NCBI RefSeq assembly: GCF_963853765.1
Contig: NC_088854.1
Coordinates: 8,680,001-8,744,000 of the forward strand
Direction of reading: 5' to 3'
Length of the DNA: 64,000 nucleotides
From: Magallana gigas
Lineage: Eukaryota
Notes under the pieces: generated by a model
Told to the model about the DNA's origin: nothing
Database searches by the model: none
What the model saw: only the letters and a program-made list of their open reading frames with translations
Program-made: the position numbers and the translations under genes
In this document: piece by piece, positions 61,430 to 64,000 of the stretch
Numbering within the stretch: position 1 is the stretch's first letter
Layout of the letters: each line of letters starts with the position of its first letter

Positions 61430-64000
61430 ATGAGTGTTTCAGAGAAAAATGTATTTACTGATAATCAGGAGTATCTAAAAGAAAAAGAGGTTCGTGTTTA
61501 GTTTGTTTTAATACAAAATATTTGCTGATGTTGATGATTTATCGATTTTTTTCTGGGCATCTTTTTTTCTTGTATAGTCTGAAAATATTCCCTCATTACG
61601 ATAATTTATTCGATATTGTTGTTTTAAAGGAGTATTTTCTTAGAATTTACAGTTTTATAGATGTTTTCTTCGCCTCGCTGACAATATCGTTACAAGTAGT
61701 ACCTATAGAATTTAGCATAGAAGACATCTGCAGTGTCTTGCGTAAAGTGGTTTTTAACATTAAATTTGATATGCTATGCAACCTCTTGGTTAATTGCCAA
61801 CAATTGTTCGGTGCAAGTGGATCAATAAATATTTTCTTGTATCCATGAAGTATTTTACAGACACCATTTGTTATGCCTAATTTTGATATGAATCAACCAT
61901 GCAGTTAAGGCGATTTAGGAGGGGGGTGGGGGTGGGCATAAAAGAATTTATGAAATGTAATTTTAAAAAGACATTTATGACATCATGACATGTAACCCCT
62001 TTACAGCTAGCATTGGAGGAAACGGAATCTTCTTCAGCTGGTAGCAGTCAGAGTAGTTTAGAGAGTGGGGATGAAAATGTGGGTCGAGGAAATTGGTCCG
62101 GCCGTTTGGACTTCCTATTGTCTTGCGTTGGGTTTGCCGTGGGGCTTGGCAATATATGGAGGTTTCCCTATCTGTGTTATCAAAGTGGAGGAGGTAAGAA
62201 AACAATTATATCTCAGTGCTTAAAAATATGTTTAATTATTTGGAATATAAGGGGTGTAAAGTTTATTTATCTTATGTGCTCTTTTCTTAATCATACATTT
62301 CTGATCTATTTTCAGGTGCCTTTTTGATCCCCTATGTGATATTCCTGTTTCTGTGTGGGGTTCCATTGTTCTTCTTGGAGATCAGTTATGGACAGTTTGC
62401 CAGTCTGAGCCCAATTACTGTTTGGAAAATTTCACCGCTCTTCAAGGGTTAGTAATCTCTTTTGCATCAAGCCTCTGGGCTGCGTAGCCATACTAGTACC
62501 TCACTGAGAGATTAAATTAAAGGTGAGATTCATGGAAAAGTTTCTCTCCATTTTTACTGAGTTCATGCATGTTTGCCAAGGTTAAAGGGTAAAGCCTCTG
62601 AATATTAGTGCTTATAGTACAGTACCAATCTTACAGTAGCTAGTATATAATTCTTTGTTGATCTCCTTGATATGAAAGACAGAGATCAATACTCCCAAAC
62701 AGTAATTGGCACTATTCCATGGTTAGCCCAGCTACTTTACAATAATTTAAAGGCCAAAAGTTATGAATTTCCAAAAACATTCTGAATGAATATTTAACAA
62801 AAGGTAGAGTTAATGCTGTAATATAAAACAACAAATGTTACAGGGGACCCTTTCTCCCTTTAGGTAGTAGATGTCAGCTGTCAGGGCTGACTGGTAGGAT
62901 AGATAGCCAGCCAGTCTCCCACCAGGGGAATTAATTATCTCACTCCTGAACCTGCATAATAACTGTCAGATAATTGCCTTTGGACAAGGAGAAACACTCC
63001 CTAGGAAATTATTTACTGACCCCCTAGGTTAGCGAAAAGTGTTGTGTCATAAGTGTCAGGTCAGTTTATGGAGGGAGGGAGATGATGAATAAAAACTGCT
63101 CATTGGTTGGAATGGACTTCTGTTGACCTTCTATAATGCTATTATTAGTTAATGGGAGTCTAATTTTAGAGCTTTGCGTCAAGAGAGTTGTAAAAGACTA
63201 TCAGAAGCTGCCTGTTTTGTGTTGTAAAGATTGGGTTTTTTCCCAGAATTAAAGGGGGGATGAAAATACCAAAAAATTAGCATGCAGAGTCACAATCAGA
63301 TAAAACTGAGGAAGTTGGGAATACTCACATGCATAATTGAAGAGATTTAAACAAATAGATTTTGAAGGGGAAATTAACACACTCACCCTCCCACAGATTT
63401 GATGTTTAGGTGGATCAAAGAAGGAAATTATTTAACAGACTACAAAGATATTTATATTGAAACATTGCATACAAATTGCAAAATAGGAAGCCTTATAAAT
63501 AACCATTTTACAAAACCTTTTAAATCTAGTTTCCCAAAAAAATAAAACGTCCCTGTGGAGTGAATGATGTGTAACAATTAAGTGGAAAAGATTGATGTTG
63601 ATATAAATTTTTAAGAATTTGAAATGTTTGAATCTTTCAATATGTCTAGAAATAAGTCTGTTCAAGTTAGAAGTTCATTTGTATGATTAGAAATACGATC
63701 TCTCTACTATAAATTGTTCATGTACCGTACATCAAGAAGTAGGGAAAAACATGAATTTTTTTTGCTTTATTTCAGGTGTTGGCTATGGCATGATCATAAT
63801 CTCTGGTATTGTGTGTGTGTACTACAACATCATCATAACATGGACCATCTACTTCCTATATCACTCCTTCAAAGCAGTGTTACCATGGAGCACTTGTGGC
63901 AATTCCTGGAACACGGAAAAGTGCTACATCCGCGGGGAAATTAATCTGACCCAAGTGGACAATGCCACAGCCAATGGGACGATTGGATACAACGTAAATA
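61430..64000 (+). CDS. SLC6 sodium/chloride-dependent transporter (amino-acid type; glycine/proline/taurine-like), 5' part, runs off the right edge
   Basis: Exons 61430-61489, 62007-62193, about 62316-62448 and about 63778 onward are in phase. Hallmark motifs [65 protein letters not shown] and [12 protein letters not shown]. Confidence 0.95.

Noticed and set aside
1-64000. tRNA, rRNA, autonomous transposase or reverse transcriptase genes
   Set aside because: No cloverleaf, rRNA motif or transposase/RT/Rep-helicase reading frame was recognised; small RNAs could be missed by eye.

Overview
AT-rich, intron-containing animal DNA with one assembly gap (N, 12206-12341). It is most likely a cupped oyster (Crassostrea/Magallana), because it carries about 166-bp Cg170-type satellite arrays inside Helentron-like non-autonomous elements. 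I rebuilt ten spliced genes by hand from GT-AG boundaries and intron phase. Left to right, minus strand: a secreted bacterial-type right-handed beta-helix protein (runs off the left edge), a duplicated two-gene cassette [UNC93A-like MFS protein + secreted coiled-coil/MAM/C-type lectin] x2, an orphan 4-TM protein, and a 15-exon PARP (MG N-terminus, three macrodomains, tankyrase-like H-Y-E catalytic domain). On the plus strand, head-to-head with the PARP, is a 7-exon, about 896-aa disordered protein whose first two exons, missed by the ORF track, encode a Scm3/HJURP-like CENP-A-chaperone motif; this is the best candidate discovery. After it come an 89-aa four-exon microprotein starting MGCSCSS (Lck-like dual-acylation motif) and the 5' part of an SLC6 transporter. 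Introns and intergenic DNA hold four satellite-carrying Helentron-like elements, several MITEs, long hairpin elements and minisatellites. No rRNA, tRNA or CRISPR was seen. All homology calls come from motif recognition, not database searches.
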